DNA of 63,947 nt, filler included, from Octopus bimaculoides (taxonomy: Eukaryota), in the NCBI RefSeq assembly GCF_001194135.2. It is 7 parts of 6 records of this genome, joined end to end, with 100 filler letters (N's around TTAATTAATTAA, not from the genome) between each part and the next. Parts side by side here need not be neighbours in the genome. Positions count along the whole stretch, not along the records: positions 21,071 to 44,323 come from NC_068981.1; 6 more parts are not named here. One strand, 5' to 3'. Below are positions 25,820 to 38,670 of this stretch, in pieces. Under the pieces are notes generated by a model. The model ran no database searches and was not told where the DNA came from. It saw only the letters and a program-made list of their open reading frames with translations. Each line of letters opens with the position of its first letter. Within the stretch, counting starts at the first letter, position 1. A program made the translations under genes and the position numbers.

Positions 25820-25990
25820 TGGTTAGAATGGGCGGTGCTTTGTGTTCTTGAGCAAAACTCTTCATTTTACGTTTCTACAGTCCACTCAGTTGCAAATGAC
25901 TGGCGTTCTGTTCAGGTTGTCTGCTATGATCTCAGTCAGTTCTAGGCCAAGAAAAACGAGTAACTGGCCCTACGAGACCTAGGAATCGAA
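25820..25990 (+). mobile_element. Degraded CORE-SINE fragment
   Basis: tgtgttcttgagcaaaactcttcattttacgtttctacagtccactcagttgcaaatga matches the CORE block of 52745-53070. Confidence 0.6.
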
Positions 25991-27689
25991 ACAGTGCTTA
26001 CTACTCCTTATGAGTTCAAATTACACCGATGTCTACTTCGCGTTCCCTTAAAATAAGTGCTTGTTATATGCCGGTTCAATCTAGTATAAACTTCTACAAA
26101 TATATAGTTCTGTGATTGCATCAAAAGTATAATTATCCAACCGAAAGTACAGTAAAGTTTGGTCGCAATCATGTGAGTTATTCTTGTATAAATAAAATGA
26201 TAGTCGCTTAACATATAGGTTAAAATTTGAGGGAGTAACTAGATTATGTCGTACATATAATGTGTGTTCTGATTGAGAACGTTTTATTCCCTGTCACATG
26301 GATGTTTAACTTCTGACAAATCCAACATTTGATATTTTGAGATTTTTTTTTCTTATAATAACAATATTGCTCAGTGTCGTGGCGATAAATAGTTTTTGCT
26401 TCAATATTTTTGTGAGGCGTTTTTTTTTTTTCTATACTGTTCGTAGGTATTTATACTATGATAACCAAAAATAGTATTTTCTGCTGAATACGTTTTTTCG
26501 CTTGACAGAATACGATATTCGTCTGACTGACCAAAACGTTTTGCCTAGCTAAGCACAATGCACAAACATTTTAATGCAACAATTTCTTGACAATATAAAA
26601 GAAAATCTTTAAAAATACATAATGTTTCCGAAAAGTATAATTTCTTAAACAAAATTTACGCGCTGGTCTTAAGCTTATCAGGAAAAATAAGTCGAGATTG
26701 AAAACAAAAGTTTTTAGTAGTTTTGACAAGTTTCCGAAGTGAAGCAGAATCAATAACATGTATAGAGAAGTTTGTCACAGACCTATATACTTATATATGT
26801 TTGGATGGCATTCAGCTTGAGATCTTTTATCGGAATTAGACAAACTAAAACTTAATAAAAACACAATTGATGACATAGACATACATAACACATAAGTTGC
26901 GATTTTCAAAATAAAAAGTACAAAAAAAAGCGGTAATGGAAAATATAATACTCAGCAGTCGAATAACAGTTTCTTTGTTTGGTTTTTGTTTTGTGCTGTT
27001 TTTGTCTCGATGATATATCTCTGTTTCAATGAGAGATCAAATGTGACTGGTTAAATTATATTTTAGAAGATAACTGGAAAAAAAATATATATAAGTATAC
27101 GCGCACATACATACACATGAGCATATATATATAAAAATAACCACTTGTTCGCACTCAATATACTAATACTTCAGAGTAAGCTCTAGTGGGAAGGGGTTGG
27201 GAGAATTCTCTGAATATATATAAAAGACAGAATGAACTAAAGAGAACAAGAAGAGACACGTGTATTGAAGAGTCGTTGAAGAGGTCACAGGATGAGTGAC
27301 GAACGACTTCAGACAAAGGACACTAAAATAAAGACAATGATAAAGCCGAAGTGAGGAATGAATATATAGTGTGTGTCTTTGTTTGGCAAAAAATGATCAG
27401 CACGAAATATAACACACACGAAATAACGCTCACTGCAAACATTCACTCACACATACAGAAACTGAAAATTTAAACAATTTATAACAGACAAACATATACA
27501 CACGCACACGCATTCTTCAAACAACGCAGTCATACATATATACATACATACACAACTCTTTCTCTCCCCCATTCTCTCACAACACTCTAATACACATCAC
27601 ATAGCACAATCCCCCTCCCCACCAAAAACAATATATATATATATATATACACAAAATTCGAAAAACTAATCTACTCGCGAAAAAGAAAC

Positions 27690-28320
27690 AGAGTAAACTT
27701 ATATGCATGATTTCAAAAACCAAAGTTCATATTTAGACACACGCATACACACACACACATAACATACATACATACACAAACTGCAACAAAAACGTTTTAC
27801 ACATAGGCACGTATGTGCGGTGCACATACGTAATATATGCTCAACGACAATACACTTTTTCACACTCACACACACCAAAAACAACGCAAACAGATGCGCA
27901 AATACACACAAAAATTAGCACACTTCCCTACATTCCATGTTGTACATATATACACTGCTATACAACTAAAGATGTCGCAAACATATACACACATACAGAT
28001 TGCACATACGCATATACTCAACATAAATGTACATATGCAAAAGAAAATCAAGTGCACACATGCACACACACTTCAGCACTTTCACATACACACACTTACC
28101 ACAAATACATTCACAAACACATGCGTATGCACAATAAATCCGGCACACAGCACACGAACACAAACAAACCCATACACACTGAATGCTATCACACAGCGTA
28201 AGCATTAAAATATAAACATGATAAAAATGCACAGCTCCAAAACAAGTTAACACGCTTCTGCATTCATATACACACGTACATAGATACGCATGCTCACACC
28301 ATGCGTACACTTTCGTTGAA
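27690..28320. repeat. Degenerate CA-rich low-complexity tract
   Basis: Scrambled cacac/catac/acaca motifs. Confidence 0.8.
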
Positions 28321-28519
28321 TTATTTCTTTATTCGTAATGTCCGATTTATTTCAAAATGTCAATGAAGTGAATCAACTCGTGTTATTATCCTTCCTCTTT
28401 TTTTTTTTCCACGGTGCATATTATATATTTCCGTTCTTTTACACCATTTTGCCATGTACTTTCATTGAGGTGAGTGATTTGCGTCCGAAACGTGGAAGAC
28501 ATAATTATTTCCTGTGAAG

Positions 28520-28610
28520 TAGTGAGGTCGATAAATATTCTTCAAGGTGGTACCCCAGCATGGCCGCAGTCTGATGAGTGAAAGAAGTAAAAAATAAAAG
28601 ATAAATACAT
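28520..28610 (+). mobile_element. SINE family A tail fragment
   Basis: gaggtcgat..ttcaaggtggtaccccagcatggccgcagtctgatgagtgaaagaagtaaaa. Confidence 0.75.
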
Positions 28611-28619
28611 ATATATGCT

Positions 28620-28681
<62 letters not shown>

Positions 28682-28949
28682 CGCGTGTGTGAGTAATTCG
28701 GGTAAAAGCCACATAGCGTGCGATTAACAGCTCTTATGTCGTTATATGGCCGCTATACGTCATCCTACAGTAGGGTACATTCCAGGGCTGGATACATATG
28801 TAGAACTCCTCCTTGTATAAGATTACTGCATGCGTATATAACAAGAAAGTTTCGGCCTCTCAGCAGTCATCGGTCTGCTTGATGGCAGCCACTATCCCAA
28901 AACTTCGAAGTCACTGTCAGCTTTTTCCTAGTAAAATTAATATGTACTA

Positions 28950-29340
28950 CAGAAACTTGCTTATCAACCACATGGTTCCGGGTTCAGGCCTACTGCGTGG
29001 TACCTTGGGTATTGTTTTCTACTGTTGCCTCGGGCGGACAAAGCCTTGTGAGTGGATTTGGTAGACAGAAGCCCGTCGTATATGTGTGTGCGTGTGTGTT
29101 TGTATGTGTGTGTTTGTATGTATATTTATGTGTGTATGTTTTCCTCTGTGTTTTCCGCCTCCCACCATCGTTTGACAACCGATTTTGGTGTATTTACGTC
29201 CTGTAACCTAGCTTTTCGGCAAAGGGGGCCGATAGAATAAGCACTAGGCTTGCAAAGACAAAGTCCAGGGGTCGATTTCTTCGACTACAAGGCGGTACTC
29301 CAGCATGACCACAGTGAAATGACTCAAACAAGTAAAATAA
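28950..29340 (+). mobile_element. SINE family A, near full length
   Basis: Head, internal (TG)n and tail are all present. Confidence 0.9.
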
Positions 29341-29348
29341 TATATATA

Positions 29349-30232
29349 CAGGGCACGGGGAATAATTGTCGTCTAAATTACGCAAAAATGAAAATAACAC
29401 TGATATCTCATTTTAACAGATGTATTTACCAAAATTACATAAAAAGTTTTGAAATACTAACGAGTAAATTTATTCAATAAAATAGCCATTGGTTTCAATC
29501 ACGGTCCCCGAAGACTTCGGAATCTCCTGCAATCTTTCTGGACGGTCTCCTTGTTTAAGTTGGTCAATGCTGCCATAATCTTTGCCTTCAGTTCATCTTT
29601 GGTGTTACAAGGAGTTTTGTTGGTCTCTCGCTCAACTGCGTCTCACATATAATAATCAAGGGGGTTAGAGTCTAGAGAGTTAGGTGGCCAGATGTTAGGG
29701 GTGGTGTGATCGCAGAAATTGTCTGACAGCTATGACAGCGTTTCCTGCTTCTGTTTCATAGTGTAGATCCCTGTTGCTAGATATAGGGTTATCCAGCAGC
29801 CACTCTCTTGACCCAGGGCAGCACTACCTCCTCCAAGCATTTGATGTAGGCCTCCATATTGAATCTGAAGCCGTATACGAAGATGAATGAAGACATAACA
29901 TCGCCATCACTAGTGATCACTCCAAACACTATGACGTTGACTGGATGATTGATTTTTATCACTCTCAGTACATGTCCTCAGATTGCACTATCCTCAGATT
30001 CACACCCAAACATTCTGAAATGTTCGTATAGGAGATTCCTGTGCGAATGCCAAGCAGTACAGCATATCGTTTCCAAATTTCTGGCAGAGTGAATTGCGTC
30101 ATGGTGCTGGTTTTCTCACTGACGATGTTCAACTTATTATACTATATAATGTAGTAGACAAAATCAAAAACAAACAAGCGCATGCACGAAATTAAGAATA
30201 TAAAATGGCGACAATTTACTCATCGCAACCTC
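29349..30232 (-). mobile_element. maT/DD37D-like Tc1/mariner element, internally deleted, both TIRs present
   Basis: ATG at 30102: MTQFTLPEIWKRYAVLLGIRTGISYTNISECLGVNLR. After a deletion: HPVNVIVFGVITSDGDVM..NIWPPNSLDSNPLDYY..ETNKTPCNTKDELKAKIM..NGYFIE* (stop 29470-72). Degenerate TIRs share AATTGTCG and are TA-flanked (29347-48, 30233-34). Confidence 0.9.
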
Positions 30233-30781
30233 TATGTGTGTGTATATATATTCAGTCTTTTCTTGGAACTGTGACTCCCCATATATAAAAAAATTACAGT
30301 GAGGAGATTCTTGCCCACAAACAATAGATTTTTATAATTTTAATATGGGTAGCAGTCGAAACAATTGTATGTAATTTGTATTTAATATTTATTATTTATT
30401 ATACTGTTCTATTAATATAAGAATATAATATAGTATAGTACTAGCAAACGCACCCCCTCCCCGCTTATTGGATGGTGTAAGTTCGTGATAGGACTGGAGT
30501 CTAAAATAGTGTAATTCCGCTTCTGTCTATGCTTAAAACTGGGGATTATTTGACATAGTCGAGACGTTAAATCAAAAATGAGCTCGTATTCAAAAAGGAA
30601 CATGTTTTATTTGCAGATATCGGGTATTAGAATGTGAAAATATGGAAAATTATCATTCGGAATGCCGTTTAATTGACTGGATGACTGAAGAATCGGTACA
30701 CAACATTTCTATGGACATGAAGGCAATCTGTAAGAAACATATTTAATTGCAATATGAAATTACCTGAGGTATCTGGGAAGC

Positions 30782-30980
30782 TGTGCATTGAAATGGGAAA
30801 ATGCTTGACTTTAACAACGAGCATTTGTTGGAAGATTAACATAACCTATCGTGAGGAGTAAATAGCTTGCCTCATTTACAAGTCGGTGCCGAACCTTTGA
30901 AGTCCCTGCTGCTCAGAGACCATCCAGATTCTAAACACTTTCTTCGGAATATAAGAGCCTACAATTCCGCTTTCCAAATT
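30782..30980 (+). mobile_element. Helitron RepHel N-terminal remnant
   Basis: CALKWEN..SLPHLQVGAEPLKSLLLRDHPDSKHFLRNIRAYNSAFQ, typical of the N-terminal region of animal Helitron RepHel proteins. Confidence 0.75.
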
Positions 30981-31399
30981 AAAGAATAAACAACGGACAT
31001 GTACGTGTCAAAGCAAGTGAGTCACGCAAAAGTCGGAAAATACCGCTCATTTATTTTTTTTTTTTGTTTTATATAAGAAATTGTTAGTTGAGGTTTTAGA
31101 TATTTGTCACCCAAGTTTCCTCGTTCAATTACCAAGCAATTTGTCGTTTTCTACTGTCAACTGAATTTTGTTTTGAGAAAATATTCACACAGTTAATTGA
31201 TCGCCAATTAGTGCTGTTTGTTCGTTAAAGCTAATATTTTATTTCATTTTCACTTATTCAAAATAATTGCCATGTATTCTTACTCTTTTGTATCAGCTTA
31301 TTTATTAAACACAGAATGACATGCCTGGATGCACGTGTTCGAATACAGTTCATTCTAGAATGATATCGATTTTTACTGCAATCACATATGTTCTTTAAT

Positions 31400-31709
31400 G
31401 AAATTGCTTAGAAAGCTTAATACTATTAATGTTCTGATGCTGATTGGACGAACATAGCGGCTGTTCGTACGTGATTTGCGGAATGATAGCCAATAAGCGC
31501 TATTGAAATCGGATTTTCAATCAAGATTTTGATTAAAAATGGGTAAATCTGACTTTGGAACTAACGATTATGTTATGAAATTTAACTGATGCACGCACTG
31601 TGACGTCTTTTACCTATGTGTAAAATTTCAACGCGATCAGTTTAAAAATACGGCCGTTGTAATCTTTTCACACACAAAGACACAACCATATTTATATATT
31701 ATTGATAGA
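31400..31709 (-). mobile_element. Probable 5' end of a (non-autonomous) Helitron
   Basis: Minus strand A|TCTATCAATAATATATAAATATGGTTGTGTC..aacggccgtatttttaaactgatcgcgttgaaattttacac: an A|TC junction plus a typical Helitron-N leader. No 3' hairpin or CTRR found; left boundary approximate. Confidence 0.5.
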
Positions 31710-31934
31710 TTATGTTTATAATATTTAAAATTTTAATTTTTGAATTGGCAATTGTTATATATATATCTCCATTTTCTATTCATTTTTATAAATTTCATGT
31801 ATACCCATGTAATTTGTAAAGTTTTCTCTGCAAAGTTGGGTGTTGGGTATTTAACAGTGGAGCCACTGAAAGATTGGATACTTTGATCCCCATTTTCCTT
31901 TATATATATAACTGATAAAACATATATAATACAT

Positions 31935-32660
31935 ATATGTTTTATCAGTTTCAGGTCAAAGCTGTGGCCATGCTGGGCACACCGTTTTTTGCTACACTTA
32001 TTACTGAGAGCCTCCTCTGATATGTGGCATTTGGTGAATATGGGAATTTGATATCGCTACCCTCATTTGCGCCTTCTGTCGCTAGGTAGATTCATCTAGG
32101 ACTCTCAGGCTCTTTGGGAAAATATTAAAAAGCTGTGGACCCCTGAAATCTAGGCTGTTGCAGTAACTGGTCCTGAATGGTAACGGCATTGCTGGGATCT
32201 TTAGCACTGTGCAGTGACCACCAGTATTGTGTAGCTTTCAATGCCAAAATTTGACACAATCCCTTCCATGATCTTCCAGATGCATATTGCTGCATATGTC
32301 TCCCGCTTTCGCTCCAGGGAGTAGAGTCTTAGCTGTTTCAGCCTTTCTCAGTAGCTGGGCTGTAACAATGAGAGGATCTTCTCTGTGAAGCGTCGCTGAA
32401 TTGCTTCGAGGTCCGCTGTTAATTTTACACTGTTGGGTGACCATCGCTGGGATCAGTAGTCCAGGCGGCCGAGAACGGTTTCCTTCTCTCTCGTTCTGAA
32501 GGTTTTCAGGATCCAGCTACCAGCCGTCTGCACTTTGTCACCATCTTGGCAATGCACACGTGGAAAGAGGTCTCATCACCCATGTCGATACCTAGGTACC
32601 ACACAGATTTAGGTTCTGAGATTGTAATCCCCCGTGGGCCAGTGTACCCTGTAAGTTTTG
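31935..32660 (-). mobile_element. CR1-type LINE 3' fragment with its 3'UTR
   Basis: YLGIDMGDETSFH..WILKTFRTREKE..RLDY..LEAIQRRFT..RLKQLRLYSLERKRE..WKIMEG, then a short 3'UTR ending ..cccagcatggccacagc..ctgaaactgataaaa. Confidence 0.88.
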
Positions 32661-32910
32661 CGTTTAGTTCTGGGTGCTAGTAGCGCAAGGCCTGAAATTT
32701 TCAACATTAAACTGCAAATTATTGTCCTCAGCCCATCTGTAAATTGGGTCCAACTCCTACTGCAATTGTGCAACATTGCTAGGGTTATGTATTTTCTGCG
32801 AGACTTTCGTATTGTCTGCGTAGGTAGCAAGGGTGGCTATCCGGGTAGTTGAGGGCGTGTCTGAAATGGCGTCTATATTCGTATGTATTTATATAAATAC
32901 ATAGATATAA

Positions 32911-32943
<33 letters not shown>

Positions 32944-33242
32944 CAAAGACTCTTTTTCAACCCATTTAATTCCTGATATCATTTCTATTCTGTATAAGTC
33001 GGACTTTGTTATATGTAAACATATGTACATATTTTGTATTAAATGTTTTTAATATTTTTTGTATATCGACTTGCCCAACTTGCTTGTCCTTACACTTACA
33101 CTACTCTACCTTGTCAAGTTTAAATCTCTTGAGCACTACGAAGTATATTCTATACAGGGAATAACTGTCTCTAATCACTCTCTCTTTCTCTCTCTCTCTC
33201 TATCTCTCTCTCACTCTCTCTCTCTCTCTTTCTCTCACACTC

Positions 33243-33290
<48 letters not shown>

Positions 33291-33619
33291 CTTTTTGTAT
33301 ACATCAGACGACATTACCCAATATAATCTTTCGTCGCTTTAAAAAAATATATTATTATATGAAAAAGAAACAAAAATATTGAAACAACTTTATAAGAAAG
33401 AATGAAATAAAAATAACGATACAAATTTAAAGCGTTTAATAACTTTTAAGTATTTGCTGAAAAATTGAAAGTTATAAAATATCAAAAATATGGAATATAA
33501 TAAAATTTCGAATATGCGGGAAGATTTTCTTAGTTTATGACATATACGAACATGCATGCACTTACACACATGCAGACACGCACGCACACACATAGTCACG
33601 CACGCACATACACACACAC

Positions 33620-34170
33620 GCACATATATATATGTGGTCATATGGATATTCTTCTATATCTGCATGTATTTATTTGCATACTTTCATAAATATATATATA
33701 CATATATATGTTTATATATGTGTATGTATATATGTGTGTGTATATATATATATATATGCATATATATGTATATATATAAATATATATATGTTTGTATTTA
33801 TGTATTTATATATATATATATGTATATATATATGTAAAGATATATACACACACANNNNNNNNNNNNNNNNNNNNNNNNNNNNNNNNNNNNNNNNNNNNNN
33901 NNNNNNNNNNNNNNNNNNNNNNNNNNNNNNNNNNNNNNNNNNNNNNNNNNNNNNNNNNNNNNNATATATATATATATATATACATATATACATATACATA
34001 CATATACATATATATATATATATACATATATACATATACATACATATACATATACATACATATACATATATATATACATATACATACATATATACATATA
34101 CATACATATACATATATATACATACATATACATACATACAGACATATATATATATTCATACATACATAAA
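33620..34170. repeat. (TA)n/(TACATA)n microsatellite block with an internal gap
   Basis: Read directly from the sequence. Confidence 0.93.
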
Positions 34171-35418
34171 GTTTTAGAAACGTTACAATATTTGAAGATT
34201 TTCTTAAATTAAAGATTATTAATTAATAATATAAAATTAACTTAATCAAACAGTATGATACAAATCATTTTGAAGCAAATTTTCGTGTTATCTTAAGCGT
34301 TTTTTTGCTGTTTTCAGCTCTTCAGACACACTTGTTATATATAAGGTAATCGTTATAGAGGTAGCTGTTTTTAGTGGTAGTGTAAACTTTTTTACGGTTT
34401 GGTTCCGGGTTCAAAGTCATTATGCGGTATCTTGTGTTTGCTTTTTCTAGTCGAGCATTTTCTTCCTTTATTTTGACAAAAGGAGAATATGTGAAATTTT
34501 CCCTTTGGTTAAATGAATAGATTCTCACATAAAATATATTCCTAAGAAATAAATCTTTGACTTGTTTCTTATATAATCTAACTTGTTGCATTAATTTTGG
34601 TACCGTTTTACCGATATAATACCCATTGCATTCTTGGCATGTGGTCCTTTTAATGAGATTTTAGTGTACAACCTGTGGAAATATTACTTTTTGCCGATGC
34701 TAATATAGAGGCATAGGTACATCACAGGTAATCTTTTAGGAAAACAACGGGGGTAAAAGTGAAGCAAGAAAAAAGAATTTAGCTAATATGTATTACCAAA
34801 TTGAATGATCTTACCTTTTCGAAATTTTGTTATGTAATGACAACAAGGAAATTACATTTTTCCAAATTCCTCTCGCTTGTTATACAGCATTGTAAATTAT
34901 AATATCAATTTGCTCCTTTGATCTTACTTAACTCGTGTTGTGAAATAGAATTACGCATCTGTCCTCAAACTTCTCTCCTTTACTAGAGTGCAATTCTGTC
35001 AATTACTGCACCACAGATGTGCGACGAAATGTTCTGACAATTCATAACAGTTAATGCTGTGTAAAAATGAACGAATGTAAATTGAATAGTTTTGTGCTTC
35101 TGTATTGAAGCTAAATGTTTCAACAACAACACAAACTCAAGTCAAGACGCTTGACAAAGCAAGGACAACTCGAATACATCCTGGGGCACCACCATGGATG
35201 GTTGGTGTCGAATAAATTAACTTCAGTACTTATTTTTGCTGAACCGACATCAGTAATGAGACACACATAGACACAAAGATATACGCACATACCTATATAC
35301 ATATATATATAAGTGTAAGATATTGCTTGTGTAAGATATGCAGGGAGAGAAGATTTCATCCCTAATGTTTCAGATGATATCTGTTGATTGTATAATGCTT
35401 AATTTTTCAGTAATACCG

Positions 35419-35493
<75 letters not shown>

Positions 35494-38239
35494 NNNNNNN
35501 NNNTATATATATATATATATATATATACAGAGAGAGAGAGAGAGAGAGAGAGAGTTTCTATAGAGTACCTTTGCAATTTGAAGTGTGGAAATTGTAAAAA
35601 TAACGTGTGGATACGCTGTTTGTGTGTGTATGCGTGTGTGTGTATGCGTGTGTGTATGCATGTATGTATGTATGTATGTGTGTATGTATATATGTATGTT
35701 GTCCAATTTCAACTTCCACGAGGTTAAACACCTATTAACGAATATTTCTCACCCCAAAATGTCAAAGAATAAACCGTATTCATCACACTTGTTAAATACA
35801 AAGACTCTATTGATTGACTACCACTTCGCAAGGCTTCGTAAAAATTGAAGTTTAGTTACACATTCCTCTGCGTAATATTTTACATCCTTCCTCTTTTCGT
35901 GAAACTCAGGCAGTGAAATCATACACGTTTCCTTCACTTCAAACAATTTGTCGATAACTGTCTACATCATCATCTCTTTTTTAAAAGAAATGTGAAAAGT
36001 TTGTAATAGTCGTTCACTGTAAATACACACACACATACACACACACGCATATATATACATATATATACTGGAGGAGGATGGGAGGGGGAGAAAAGAATGA
36101 TGAGGACATTGTCGACGACGACAACAACGTTGATGGTGATGATGACGACGACGACGACATAATTTGAAGTCAATATTTCACGCTCAATTATATCAGGACT
36201 GTCAAAACAATAAAATGAAATGAAGACTACAGTAGCCTTAATATATACAATTACCTGACATTCCTATCCGTTTATAATATTGGCAATTATAACGGCAGTG
36301 TAATTATCATCAATAAATACAATTGGGTAGTAAAGAATAGGATATTTTTTCTCCTCTTTTGATTTTGGTATATTTTGAGTTATTTTCTATAATTTTAGTT
36401 TTTCATATATTTCTGACGGTAAATGTATTATTTTGCAATTCTCTGTAACTAAGAGAACAATTTCCTGTTCGATAATTTAATTGCAGAGTCGATGTCATGA
36501 TTGAGACGTAAAAGCATAAAGAGAAGATATCAATTCTACACAGTCTTGTGAAAATAGAAATAAATTAGGCGGTTGCTTTAGTGAAATTTGAAAGATGGGT
36601 GAAAAATGCTTGAATAATAATCGTTTCAAAATGTTTGGATTGTATTTAAGTTAGAATAATAATGAATAATGAGCTCTTCATTTAGTGAGATAGAAATAGA
36701 AGTCCGGTCTCATTTCTAATTACAAATAGATTAGTTACGCTAAGTTTTTACTGATTAAAGAGGAAAATATGCAAGAGAGTACAGATCTATCTGAAAGTAC
36801 CCAGGGCTAGCAATGATAAATAAAAAACATTTAAGACAAGAAAGTCTGATATTATAATTTATCTCATTTTACAAAGGTAAAATTCATTCTTTGTAAATTT
36901 CCAAGCATCTATGTTAAAGAGGCTTCGTTTCTTTCGCACGTACGCAAAAAAACAAAATCAAATATCTTAAATAAGTTTTATAATCCAAGTTTACTTAATT
37001 CTGACAAATTTCGAAAGGAGATATACATAATTTTATCTAAAAGGGTTTAGTAAGTGATTATTTTAAAAACAATATTAAGGAAAAACCTAATAGGCCTAAA
37101 ATATATTTATCATATTTTATATGTTAAAATATCAAATTAAATATCCATTTTGTTTTCTTTGAATCAATCTCGTATTTTGTAGCTTTTATCAAATCTTTAC
37201 TCTGACATTTTGTCGTTGTGTTACATAACGATAAACCTCACAATACTGTCACAAATTGTACTCAAATTTCTCTGCTTCAAACAGGATCCTGTCTTTGCAA
37301 TTAAATTTCTAATGGATGAATGCATGGTTTACAATTCAATTCCAACTCCGGATCCTTAGCACACAAACCCAGTGCGAGAAGTATTAACTACAGTAGTTTT
37401 GATCATGATGGTTTTGTTGTAAAGTTTTGCATCCCCCATGGGCAAAGACACTTTTGAGCCCACGCTTTAACGAGCAGGTATTAAGAGCCAAAGAAAATTA
37501 CACTTACTTTTCAGTTAACACCCAAACGTGGTTGACTCCGCTCTTCACCCTCCCCACTTTTGCTACACATGTGAATCATGATGGCCAAATGTGAACTTTC
37601 ATTGTTAGAAGATATATATTACGTTACTCAGGCCTTTGAAATTGATTTTTTTACTCACGTCAAAGTCAGGTACATATTAATTGCTTTAACTAGGTAGGCT
37701 TTTAACCATTGAAACACGTCAAACAATCAATTTTTTTTTTTTTTTTTTTNNNNNNNNNNNNNNNNNNNNNNNNNNNNNNNNNNNNNNNNNNNNNNAATTT
37801 TTTTTTTTTTTTTTTGTATAATAAGGTTTCAAACGTCAACATCAGAAATCTCCCATGTTTGTATCGAACGAAATATTTATTGACTTACAGTATAAAACAC
37901 AACAGGCAGCTACATTATAATCACCGAAAATTATAATCTTACGGTCTCATGCGACATAAATGAAAACAATTATATTAATTGAGGATTAATCGTTCTTGAA
38001 TCACAGGTACGTGAACTTGCTCATCAGAAATCAATGCTGCAAAACAAATTTTATTATCCTTTTATTCTTTTCTTCTATAAATGTTTCTATCATTCGTTGG
38101 CAACCTCAGTACTTATACTGGTATTCATTTCATCGATCTCTATTTATCAAATCATTGTTTATCAAATCATTATAAGTTACGTAACTGTCAAGAAGTAAAT
38201 TTAGTTTAAAAACGTAAACATTGCAAGGTATTTCGAAGG

Positions 38240-38670
38240 CACGGCTGTGAGTATTAAGTTTGCTTTCTAACCATATGGTTTCGGTTTCAGTCCCACAGCA
38301 TGGCACCTTGAGCAAATGTCCTCTACAATAGACCTGGGCCCACCAAAGCTTTGCGAGTGGATTTGGTAGATGCCAACTGAAAATAACCCGTCATGTATAT
38401 GTGTGTGTGTGGGTGTGCATATATATATATGGTGTGTGTGTGTGACTGTGTGCATATTTGAATATCCTTGTCTTAATCTCACATGATTATTTTAGACAAA
38501 TGTCATTCATTTTCAGTACCCTGCATAAATGTGTATGCACATGAGAAAATATTACCTTGCTTGTAAACAGTTATGGGTTGGCGATAAGAAGGGCATCCAG
38601 CCATATAAAATCTGCTTTGATAAGCACTGTGCGACCCATACAAGGATGGAAAAGTGGACGCCAGAAAGGT
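38240..38670 (+). mobile_element. SINE with a family-A head and an alternative 3' tail ending in (GAT)n
   Basis: Head at 38240-38395 as in family A. After the internal (TG)n the sequence runs ..gggttggcgataagaagggcatccagcc..ggatggaaaagtggacg..gatgatgat instead of the family-A tail. Confidence 0.72.

Noticed and set aside
34322-34591. 89-aa non-repetitive ORF
   Set aside because: No recognisable motif, composition matches the AT-rich background, and no splice context.
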